Positions 18,163 through 26,948 of a stretch of 64,000 bases of DNA are shown here, piece by piece. The notes beneath the pieces were generated by a model. That model made no database searches. It saw nothing but the letters and a program-made list of their open reading frames with translations, and was not told the origin of the DNA. Location of the stretch: the NCBI GenBank assembly GCA_964636085.1, contig CAZWPQ010000002.1, positions 1 to 64,000 on the forward strand. Reading direction: 5' to 3'. This stretch comes from an uncultured Nitrososphaerota archaeon (GTDB lineage Archaea > Asgardarchaeota > Njordarchaeia > Njordarchaeales > Panguiarchaeaceae). The translations under genes were made by a program, and so were the position numbers. The number at the start of each line of letters is the position of its first letter. Positions within the stretch are counted from its first letter, which is position 1.

Positions 18163-18948
18163 ATGGTCTTGCCTATGTTTTGTGCTTTTAAGGAGAGGTT
18201 TTTTGATTACATGGAAGGGAAGGATAGGTCATACGAATGTAGAGAGCGAGCTATTAAGGATGGGCTTTGTCTATTTCACCATGATAAATACTGGATTGAC
18301 CATCCTGAAGAGGTTCTGAATGCGTTCATGGGCAAGCTTGAGGAGTCGATGGATAAGGGGGATAATTTATTGTGTATTGGCTATCATTTGCCTAATGTGG
18401 ATCTGAGTATGAAGGAGATTTCCATACCGATGTATTTTTTATATTCTGTATTCCATGGCAAAGCTGTATTTGCTAGATCCATATTTATGGGTATTGTTGA
18501 TTTTAGCATGGCGAAGTTTGCTAGTGATGTTGTGTTCAATAGCGCAAAATTTATGAGTGATGCATATTTCAGTTTCTCTAATTTTCAGTCAGCTGCCTAC
18601 TTTAGGCTTGTAGAGTTTGGAGGAAAACTGGATTTCACAAATGTAAAGTTTGATGGCGATGCCATATTTTGGAGCTGTAGGTTTATAAAGGATACGGATT
18701 TTAGTGGCTCTGAATTCGGCGGAGTTGCTGATTTCAGGCTGTCGAGGTTTTATATGGAAGCCGATTTTAGCTATGCAAGTTTTAGGTATGCTAGATTCTA
18801 TGATGCAATGTTTGGGGGCTATGTTTCGTTTAGATATGCCAAGTTTATGGAGAATGTAGACTTTAGGAAGGCAAAGTTCAGGGCTGGTAAAGACTTTACA
18901 AATATAGTTTTGCCAAAAGGTAGGGAGAAAATTGGAGCTTTCGTCTAA
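18163..18948 (+). CDS. Pentapeptide-repeat protein with N-terminal Cys/His motif
   Basis: Repeating A.F..A.F units (ADFSYASF, VDFRKAKF); N-terminal C-x18-C-x9-C-LFHH. Start refined to ATG 18163 (track 18091). Confidence 0.8.
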   Translation: MVLPMFCAFKERFFDYMEGKDRSYECRERAIKDGLCLFHHDKYWIDHPEEVLNAFMGKLEESMDKGDNLLCIGYHLPNVDLSMKEISIPMYFLYSVFHGKAVFARSIFMGIVDFSMAKFASDVVFNSAKFMSDAYFSFSNFQSAAYFRLVEFGGKLDFTNVKFDGDAIFWSCRFIKDTDFSGSEFGGVADFRLSRFYMEADFSYASFRYARFYDAMFGGYVSFRYAKFMENVDFRKAKFRAGKDFTNIVLPKGREKIGAFV

Positions 18949-18986
18949 TCTTTGCTCCTAGTGTTCTATGGGAATAAGTTGCCTAT

Positions 18987-19708
18987 ATGGTGAATTCTAT
19001 GTTTAGTATTCCCCGAATTATGCTTGGAACATCCCCTTTTATTGGTGCTGGCCAGTTCGGTCGAAGGTCTCTGGATTACTTATCTAGATTTTATAACAAG
19101 CCTGACAGGATTGTTGAAATTATAGACGCGTGTTGGGAAACCGGTGTGAATGCTATACAGCTTCTGCCAGAGAAATACATAATTGATGCCATCAGTATGT
19201 GGGAAAAGAAGAATGGAGAGATAATAACAGTTATATCCTCCATATTTCGCCTAAGGCAGATAGATGATCTCATAAATAGATTTGAACACTCTGCTATGTT
19301 AGTTCACGCATCTATCGTTGATTACCATGACAAAGATATATTAAATAGATTCCTATCAAAAATAAGAGAGCGGGGCCTCCCAGCTGGGATTGTGTCTCAT
19401 ACTCCATATAGAACATTATCATGGATAAAAAACTGGGAGATAGACATAGATATTGCTATGATTCCAATAAACAAAATCGGATATATGATGGATGCCGACA
19501 TAGAACGCATAGGGCGATTAATAAGAAAGATTGACTGTAAAGTTATTGCAAAAAAGTTCTTGCTGCTGGCAGAATACCACCAAAAGAGGCACTAAAATAC
19601 ATCGCGTCAATCGATTTTGTAGGCTCTGTCGCTATTGGTGTAGCATCCGTTAAAGAAGCCAAAGAAACATTTCCAATCGCGGTAGAACAGCTAGGACAAA
19701 AAGAATGA
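18987..19708 (+). CDS. Aldo/keto reductase-like TIM-barrel protein interrupted by a -1 frameshift at 19550-19556
   Basis: LGTSPFIGAGQFG, H.S..D, G..SH.P and IPINKIGYMMD in frame 0. The expected C-terminus KKVLAAGRIPPKEALKY..AIGVASVKEAKET continues in the -1 frame to TGA 19706-19708. Confidence 0.8.
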
Positions 19709-19753
19709 GATATTTTAGGTTCATAAAAATCTAATGCAAAAAAGATCCAGTCA

Positions 19754-20389
19754 TTATTCTTCAATTCTGCGCCATGATTCCTCAAGGCTATCCACTTCCA
19801 GCCCAGAAGCCTCCATGAAGCGATTGATATCCCTGAGGCTTAGAGCATAAATAGGATCCCTCCCCATATTAGATTTAAGTTCTCGAGCAAACCTGACCAC
19901 TATGTCTTTCTTCCCACTAATGTATATTTCGTCGAGATAGTACTTCTTGTCCTCAAAATAGCGACTCCATGCGAATCCTATCAGAAAGAATACACATAGC
20001 CAGATAACCCAGGAGGGTATGACATTATCAATAATGTTTGTGCTATCTCCTAGATTTATAATTGCATACGCAAGTCCCATCCCAATTATCCACCCCAACC
20101 ACTCTGGTATGGGAGATTCATAATAATAACTTGTGATGAACTCCGAAACTTGCAGTTCATCAGAACTTGGAAATTCAATGATCCTCTTCCCATGCCCCAT
20201 TTTCTTTACCTTAACCTTATCCATGATGCCATTGGGTTCTAGTCCTGTTGTTGCTGCTAGTGTTGGACAACGCGATATCGCGATTGATATATCGGTAATA
20301 GTCTTAGTTTCGGAATCGGACGGGTACTTCACCTTGGGTTGTATTGGAAACGCATAAAGCTTAATGGAATAGGGCTCACCCCCCTCCAT
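19754..20389 (-). CDS. Hypothetical membrane protein (2 TM)
   Basis: ATG 20389 after GGGTGA; two hydrophobic segments (WLGWIIGMGLAYAII, WVIWLCVFFLIGFAW). Confidence 0.7.
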   Translation of the reverse strand: MEGGEPYSIKLYAFPIQPKVKYPSDSETKTITDISIAISRCPTLAATTGLEPNGIMDKVKVKKMGHGKRIIEFPSSDELQVSEFITSYYYESPIPEWLGWIIGMGLAYAIINLGDSTNIIDNVIPSWVIWLCVFFLIGFAWSRYFEDKKYYLDEIYISGKKDIVVRFARELKSNMGRDPIYALSLRDINRFMEASGLEVDSLEESWRRIEE

Positions 20390-20592
20390 TTTCTTCACCC
20401 AGAAAATAACAAAAAATAACACTAAAAATGTGTTGTCGATAATACAAAGAATACATAACATGGATAGTATGTACGTTCAAATGATAATTATAAAAGTTTT
20501 GTCCATTAGGAAGCTCTGTGATGTGGGTTAGGAAAGAGTTTGAGATTATGAAGAGACTCTTGATGACGAAAATACGAATATTATGTTGATGT

Positions 20593-21897
20593 CTATACTT
20601 CTAGGAGGATTTTCCATAAGGGTATATATACTATTCGCTTTCCGTTTACTGTCTTTTGCGTTTGGGTGTCCCATGTGACTATATATCCCTTCTTTATGCC
20701 TAGTTGTTTCATTGCTTTTACTAGTGCTTTCTCCTCTCGCTTTATTGTTTCTTCCTCCATAGGCTCATATGATATCTGATATAGGGCCTTTACCTTTAGA
20801 TTCTGCTCAATTACGATGTCTACCTCTCGGCCTTCGTGATCCCTCCAATATCCTATATTTTCCAATAGTCTCTTCGTCCTTAGCAATGTCAGAAACACTA
20901 AATTTTCAAACATCCTACTTTTGCTTAGTGCCCAGCTTTTACATATTGCTCTTCTTAATCCAGTATCTATGAAGTATATCTTCCTTGGATACTGTAGTCT
21001 GTCTTTTATTTTTGGAGATATTATTTCGAGTTGATATATGAAGTATGCCTTCTCAGCATAGCTCTTATATTTCAAAATTGTGGCTTTTGATGCCCTATAA
21101 CCGATGCTTCTCATTGTTTTTTCCATTTTTGACGCACTAAATAGTGTCGTATCGGCCAAGAGCTTAAGTAGTACCTCTAAGACTTCAGGTTTATCGATGT
21201 TATGTCTTCTTACGATATCTCTATACATTATCGCCGCAAAATACTCTTGTAGTCTCCCAATTTTTTCATATGGGCTACCTCGCAATGTGATCTCAGGAAA
21301 ACCTCCATAAAGCATATATTCCTCTAAGAGTCTCATCACGTCATGTTTCCTCATCGAGAACTCAATATGTTCTTCCACATCTACTTTCCTGAATCTAAGA
21401 AACTCACGAAAGGATAACGGATAAACAATATGGGTTTTTGTTCTCCCTCCTAAAACGCTGGAAATTTGGTCGGGCATGAGTTCTGAGGATGAGCCAGAAA
21501 TTACGAAATATATATCCTTAAGCAAATTTCGTCTCAGCCAACGTTCCCATCCAGGTATCCTATGTATCTCATCTAGGAAGAGATAGATCTTATCACCAAC
21601 ACCAAATTCTTCCCTAATTGCTGGAAGCAACTCGGTAAGAAATTCTGGCCTTGGATCTATGCGTTCATCCTCAAAGTTTATATAGAATATTGTTCTCTCA
21701 TCAATTCCACTCCTCATAAGGTCCATCATTGTCTGGAACATCAGATATGTCTTCCCAGACATTCTGGCCCCAGTTATTATGGTCACCACCCCTCTGTTAG
21801 GTTTTATGCTGATATCCCTTCTAATAAGATCTCTTGGTATACCAAATTCCTTCCATTCGACAAGTATTTGTCTCAGGATATGTCTTTCTTTAACCAA
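20593..21897 (-). CDS. AAA+ ATP-binding protein (AAA_14 + DUF4143)
   Basis: Walker A GARMSGKT, Walker B LFLDEIH, SGSS, YGGFPE, PRKIYFIDTGL, FENLV, EVDIV..YQIS. Confidence 0.9.
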   Translation of the reverse strand: MVKERHILRQILVEWKEFGIPRDLIRRDISIKPNRGVVTIITGARMSGKTYLMFQTMMDLMRSGIDERTIFYINFEDERIDPRPEFLTELLPAIREEFGVGDKIYLFLDEIHRIPGWERWLRRNLLKDIYFVISGSSSELMPDQISSVLGGRTKTHIVYPLSFREFLRFRKVDVEEHIEFSMRKHDVMRLLEEYMLYGGFPEITLRGSPYEKIGRLQEYFAAIMYRDIVRRHNIDKPEVLEVLLKLLADTTLFSASKMEKTMRSIGYRASKATILKYKSYAEKAYFIYQLEIISPKIKDRLQYPRKIYFIDTGLRRAICKSWALSKSRMFENLVFLTLLRTKRLLENIGYWRDHEGREVDIVIEQNLKVKALYQISYEPMEEETIKREEKALVKAMKQLGIKKGYIVTWDTQTQKTVNGKRIVYIPLWKILLEV

Positions 21898-21927
21898 TAT
21901 TGTCCACCCATTAGAACAATTATATGG

Positions 21928-21987
21928 AAAAATTGTTTAAAATAGAAAACAATTTTTTAGAAAAATCGTTTAACATTTTAAACGATT
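21928..21987. promoter_or_regulatory. Two tandem related inverted repeats upstream of the AAA/DUF4143 gene (putative operator)
   Basis: AAAAATTGTTT (21928-38) / AAACAATTTTT (21947-57) and AATCGTTTAA (21964-73) / TTAAACGATT (21978-87). Confidence 0.55.
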
Positions 21988-22457
21988 ATTATCAGTAACC
22001 CCTAACGAATTTGGATATTGAGTTTTAAAACTCTATAGGTGCCAAATAATGGGGCATGTTTTATGTTTGCTTCTAGAAGTAGGTTCATAATGGGTGGTCT
22101 TAATAGTAGATAGTTTTGTTTCGTCTTCTTTTAAGTGGTGATGATCGGTCAATGAGCGAGAACAGAATGATATCTTGGACACATAACAAATATACTTGAC
22201 CTAGAATTAGGAAGATGAAAAATAGGGATTATTATGGCCCCTTTATTCAATATTTAGCATGGGGCTTGTCTCTAGTTTTTTTTGCTGGTTTTTTATTTAA
22301 AGGTTGTTTTGGTTTTGGGGTATGTTGAATTATAGAGCGGTCTCTCCTTTTATTGGTTGAGGCATTTTTTGTGTGTTATTTTTCAAATTATTCTTTCTCT
22401 TGTAGTGCCCTTAGAGAACGAAACTAATTTAAAAGGAATATAAGATATAGTAATTTG

Positions 22458-22496
22458 GTAACCAAAGAAGGAGATTTCTCTCCTTACTTTGGTTAC
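22458..22496. repeat. Intergenic 17-bp stem-loop
   Basis: gtaaccaaagaaggaga-tttc-tctcctt(a)ctttggttac, with a single bulge. Confidence 0.7.
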
Positions 22497-22648
22497 TATT
22501 TTTGGTAAGAGTGGTGGTTGATGATTGTTAGAAATTCCGATAGTTTATTGATTATATCGACAGGGGTGTCAACTGTATTGATCCCTATCTTGCTGATAAA
22601 TAATGGGTTTTCGGGGTTACAGTCTTATGGTCTGATTGGTGGGGAGGA

Positions 22649-24151
22649 ATGAGGAGCCTTCTAGTGTTTTTTGTCGCATCATTAGTGTTGTTTTTTATGT
22701 TAAGTGCATGGTGTAATACGTATAGTAGTAGGATATATATTTATAATGTTGATCCCGTTGGTTTTTCGACTACTGAGGATGGATTTGTTATATCCAACAT
22801 AACCCCTAGCGGTAGTATATCCCTTATCTATATCGACAAAAGTGGAGGCGTCATCAATACCACAAAATTGAAGTCTGATCTGTCCAGATATGGGAGATGT
22901 ACTGGATTTTGCAGATATAATTCAAATTATTACTACCTCGTGAAGAGTAGCGAGTATAAAATAATAACCTTGAGCCATGATGGGGTAATAATTAGTGGTG
23001 CAACAATAAATGCAACATTGGATCCCGACATACTGTTAGACTCTATACTATATGATGGGGAAAAGTTTTGGTTCTCCTATCACAGTACCAGTGTATATAA
23101 AGCCGGGATAATAAGACTTAACAAATCATTAGACTCCATAGAGGTCAAGATAGAATTGGATTCGCAAAGGGTCATGTTCGCCATTATTAACGATACTGTC
23201 TGGATCGTTGATGATAACTATGTTGTCTATAAAACAGATATACCGGGTAATCCTAAAAAAGTGGCAGATATAAAATGCGACATTGAGGATATCGCTGACG
23301 AGTTGAATACTAGTACATACAGGCTTGCTGGAATAGGCTATGATGATAAGATATGGGTAGGTGTTGTTTACTATGTGGGGCCAGTTAATGAATCAATAAC
23401 TGTTTTACTGGGTTATGACCCACAGGATCTTTTGGCATTTGGTAAAGGCAAGCCTTTCCTAGAAACAGTTTTAATTAATCCCAGCACGGGGATTATATGT
23501 GGTTGCGTAACGCTGTTTAGTATATTATATGTAAGCAAAGCCCTAGTGGTTCAACCAATAGTGCAGAAGGAAATGGTAGTGGCAGAGTCTATGGGTGAAG
23601 GGGCGCCGGTTACCCCCGAGGCCCCCAAGCCTCCATCTAAACTCCCGGAGACAACACCTCTAACCCTCGAGATGGTTAAGAAGAAGGAGGATTTATCAAA
23701 GCTGAAGAACTTATTGGGACTCAGAAAATTAAGGCATATACCTGAGAAGGATCGGGCTGAGAAACCAAATTTTGATAAGGCCATGGGATACGCGGTGGCT
23801 ATTGGCCTATTGATAGGCGGAATAATGTATATAAGATCTATAATAGAGAATATCTATACATCAATAGGGATCAATGTTGGGTTGCTCCTATCCTCAAGCG
23901 GTATTTTGGCTGGGGCGATATTATGGAGACTAAAGCGGGGAGGGACAATAATTCTTGGGAGATTATCAACGTTTATAATCATTATATGCATTCCAATAGC
24001 CATATTTGGGATAATCATAAATAGCTGGCTTTTGATTGGTATAAACTGGATCTTTGTTGTTATTGAGGTAATAGTAGCGTTATTGCTGATTATTCATCGA
24101 TACCTAAAATTTGTCTATATTAGGAGAATTGTGGAGCGTGAAAATCTCTAA
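22649..24151 (+). CDS. Membrane protein: signal peptide, beta-propeller-like ectodomain, TM, Pro-rich cytoplasmic loop, 4 C-terminal TMs
   Basis: GGAGG RBS; hydrophobicity pattern; YDGEKFW/INDTVW blade-like repeats. Confidence 0.75.
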   Translation: MRSLLVFFVASLVLFFMLSAWCNTYSSRIYIYNVDPVGFSTTEDGFVISNITPSGSISLIYIDKSGGVINTTKLKSDLSRYGRCTGFCRYNSNYYYLVKSSEYKIITLSHDGVIISGATINATLDPDILLDSILYDGEKFWFSYHSTSVYKAGIIRLNKSLDSIEVKIELDSQRVMFAIINDTVWIVDDNYVVYKTDIPGNPKKVADIKCDIEDIADELNTSTYRLAGIGYDDKIWVGVVYYVGPVNESITVLLGYDPQDLLAFGKGKPFLETVLINPSTGIICGCVTLFSILYVSKALVVQPIVQKEMVVAESMGEGAPVTPEAPKPPSKLPETTPLTLEMVKKKEDLSKLKNLLGLRKLRHIPEKDRAEKPNFDKAMGYAVAIGLLIGGIMYIRSIIENIYTSIGINVGLLLSSSGILAGAILWRLKRGGTIILGRLSTFIIIICIPIAIFGIIINSWLLIGINWIFVVIEVIVALLLIIHRYLKFVYIRRIVERENL

Positions 24152-24321
24152 TCGTAATAATAGGAAGGTTCTACTATTGATCAATTTTTACATGGGGAAG
24201 TTTTTAAATATTTTGTACATCGCTGAAAAAGAGACTCTTTAAAGTGTAAAATTAGTTATATTGTTTAGAGGCATATTTTGACTCGTGGTTTAGGGGGATT
24301 GTGCTCTTGGAGGTTTGATAT

Positions 24322-24587
24322 ATGTTGACGAGAAAAATCATCCAAAAAATCTTAGCCGAATTCATTGAGGCCTGCAAAGGAGTGCCTCTCGGCACGATTA
24401 AAGCAATTTTATTCGGTTCTGTGGCACGGGGCGATTTTGATATTGATAGCGATATAGACATCCTGGTCGTCTCGACAAATATAAAGGAGGCGAAATGTTT
24501 TTTGGTAGGGTTGCTGATGAGTTGTTTTTAAAGACTTCTAATTGCCTAACCATAGTTGTAGGATTACTGTTGCTGGGGTCATTATGA
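24322..24587 (+). pseudogene. Minimal nucleotidyltransferase (MNT-type), frameshifted at T6 24498-24503
   Basis: ILFGSVARGD...SDIDILVV motif. Frame 0 stops at 24531; the -1 frame continues FFGRVADELFLKT..LTIVV to TGA 24585-87. Confidence 0.7.
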
Positions 24588-24653
24588 AGTGTATGGCCTG
24601 CTGATATTTTAAGGACAAAACTTTATAGATATTATTGGGCGGTTAGGTGGGAA

Positions 24654-25907
24654 ATGAGATTGCGTGTGGATGTTGGGAAGATAAGGAGGGATTTTCCTAT
24701 ATTAAGCAGGAAGATAAGGGGCAAAAGGCTCATATATATTGACAATACGGCCACCAGCCAACGCCCAATACAAGTAATAAGGGCCATGGAGGAGTTCTAT
24801 AGAACATATAATGCGAATGTACATAGGGGAATACACACATTAAGCGAGGAGGCGTCAGAGCTCTATGAGGAAGCGCATAAGGTTGTTGCAAGGTTTATTG
24901 GGGCTAAGGGAATGCAGGAAATAATATTCGTAAGAAATACTACGGAGGCATTAAATATTGTTGCTTTATCTTACGGCCTTGGTGTCATTGAGAAGGGGGA
25001 TGAAATAGTCATATCTATCATGGAGCATCACTCTAATATGTTGCCATGGATTTATCTGGCCGAGAGAAAAGGTGCGAGAATTAGGGTAGTCGATATACTG
25101 GACAATCATACCCTCAACTATGACATGCTTGCAGAGATAATAAACGAGAAAACAAAAATTATTGCGATAACACAGGCATCTAATGTGCTCGGCACACTAA
25201 ACGATATCAAGAAGATAGCCAAATTGGCTAGGGAAGTGGATGCCACACTAGTTGTGGACGGTGCACAGTCAGTTCCACACATACCAGTGGATGTGAGAGA
25301 CATAGACTGCGATTTTCTTGCCTTCTCCGGACATAAAATGCTGGGGCCTACTGGGATAGGTGCACTATATGGAAGGGAGGAACTGTTGGAGAAAATGAAT
25401 CCAGTATTCGTAGGGGGCGGGATGATTAGTAGTGTTAGTCTACAGATAGACGGCAGGCATGATGTTGAATGGGGGGTTTTGCCATGGAAATTCGAGGCAG
25501 GAACTCCAAACATTGCGGGAGGGATAGGATTGGCAGAAGCAGTCAGATATCTGGAAAATGTCGGTATGCAAAACATCAAGGAGCATGAATATAAACTCAC
25601 CAAGTATGCGCTGGAGAAATTAAGAGAAGGACTAGGCGATAATATTGATATATATGGCCCTCCCCCTGAAGAGAGGGTGGGTATAATACCTTTTAATATC
25701 AAGGGTATGGATCCTCACGTCGTCGCTTTGTATCTCGATGAATATGGGATATGTGTCAGAAGTGGTTTTCACTGTGCCGAACCTCTCCACCATAGGCTTG
25801 GTCTGGAAAAGGGAACTGTTAGGGCTAGTTTTTATCTATATAACACGTTTGAAGAGATCGATATATTTGTTGATGCACTAGTGGAGATATTCAAGAAACA
25901 AAAATAG
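24654..25907 (+). CDS. sufS: Cysteine desulfurase, class II (SufS/CsdA)
   Basis: IYIDNTATSQRP, ANVHRG, EHHSN, DGAQSVPH, FSGHKMLGPTG, FEAGTP, VRSGFHCA, RASFYLYN. Confidence 0.93.
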   Translation: MRLRVDVGKIRRDFPILSRKIRGKRLIYIDNTATSQRPIQVIRAMEEFYRTYNANVHRGIHTLSEEASELYEEAHKVVARFIGAKGMQEIIFVRNTTEALNIVALSYGLGVIEKGDEIVISIMEHHSNMLPWIYLAERKGARIRVVDILDNHTLNYDMLAEIINEKTKIIAITQASNVLGTLNDIKKIAKLAREVDATLVVDGAQSVPHIPVDVRDIDCDFLAFSGHKMLGPTGIGALYGREELLEKMNPVFVGGGMISSVSLQIDGRHDVEWGVLPWKFEAGTPNIAGGIGLAEAVRYLENVGMQNIKEHEYKLTKYALEKLREGLGDNIDIYGPPPEERVGIIPFNIKGMDPHVVALYLDEYGICVRSGFHCAEPLHHRLGLEKGTVRASFYLYNTFEEIDIFVDALVEIFKKQK

Positions 25908-26032
25908 TGAAGCGCAGCAAGATGACTAATTATCCCTTAATCGATCCTCTAGGTATTTAAGCGACATATTAAGGTTCCCCGAAAATCGTCCCACTATTGG
26001 GGGCTAGAAAGAAAGAAACATAATTAGGGAAA

Positions 26033-26818
26033 CTATAGGTTTTGCTTTTTACTTTCCTCAAGTATCTTCAGTATCCTCTTAAGAACATCTAGGGTTTCTC
26101 TCTGTAACTTTAGCATTTCGTCCTGTCGTCTCAGCATTTCGTCTTGCCGTTTTAGCATTTCGTCCTGTCGTCTCAGCATTTCGTCTTGCCGTTTTAGCAT
26201 TTCGTCCTGTCGTCTCAGCATTTCGTAGTCTCTAAGTGCGGATGCTACTTCTCTAATATTTATTGTCCATAGCATTTCTAGGTTTTCTGCCTTTCTTTTT
26301 TCGTCTAGTAGTTTATTTATTAGTTCGCTGAGTTTACTTGTGGGATATATTCTTAGTATTCTTGGTACGTATATTATTGCGATATAGTAGCGTGATTTTT
26401 TACTTATTATTGCTCTTACGGGGACAAGTGCCAAGAGATCTGTATCTGCTCTCTCATATTTCCATGATTGAACACAATATCTGATCTTCCCGCTTGGCGA
26501 GAATTTTACGCTTAGTTTAACTGTGATCTTCTTATTTTTTATTAGCGTTATATCAGCCTCTCGTGCAGGATGTCTCCCAGGTCTTATGATTATCTCATCA
26601 TAATCTGGAACCCCAAGCTCCCTTCTGACTTTCTCATCCCTAAGTACTCGTGGTAAGTATTCTATTATTTTTACACCCATTTCTGGTTCTGTCTGGTATA
26701 ACGCTATTTTCATGTATGCCTCGGCTCTAGTTTGTATCATCACGAGCTCTGTGCCCTTCTCTCTCACTCTTACTACTTTATCAACTATCTGCATAGTCTG
26801 TATCACTTCATTCCCCAA
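26033..26818 (-). CDS. Hypothetical protein with C-terminal heptad (EML[R/K]RQD) coiled-coil repeat
   Basis: 261-aa ORF with very A-rich codon usage; repeats near the C-terminus. Confidence 0.75.
   Translation of the reverse strand: MGNEVIQTMQIVDKVVRVREKGTELVMIQTRAEAYMKIALYQTEPEMGVKIIEYLPRVLRDEKVRRELGVPDYDEIIIRPGRHPAREADITLIKNKKITVKLSVKFSPSGKIRYCVQSWKYERADTDLLALVPVRAIISKKSRYYIAIIYVPRILRIYPTSKLSELINKLLDEKRKAENLEMLWTINIREVASALRDYEMLRRQDEMLKRQDEMLRRQDEMLKRQDEMLRRQDEMLKLQRETLDVLKRILKILEESKKQNL
26109..26226 (-). repeat. Perfect 42-bp tandem repeat (about 2.8 copies; 21-bp subunits)
   Basis: tttagcatttcgtcctgtcgtctcagcatttcgtcttgccgt at 26109-26150 and 26151-26192, partial to 26226. Confidence 0.95.
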
Positions 26819-26948
26819 ACAATAATAATCTAAATAGCATATATATTATAGAGCATTTTGCACATCTTAAAATAAACAACCTTTTGGCTGGGATTAATTT
26901 GGTGAGTATGAAATTAAACTTTGCTCATATTTATGCCTATATATGGAT

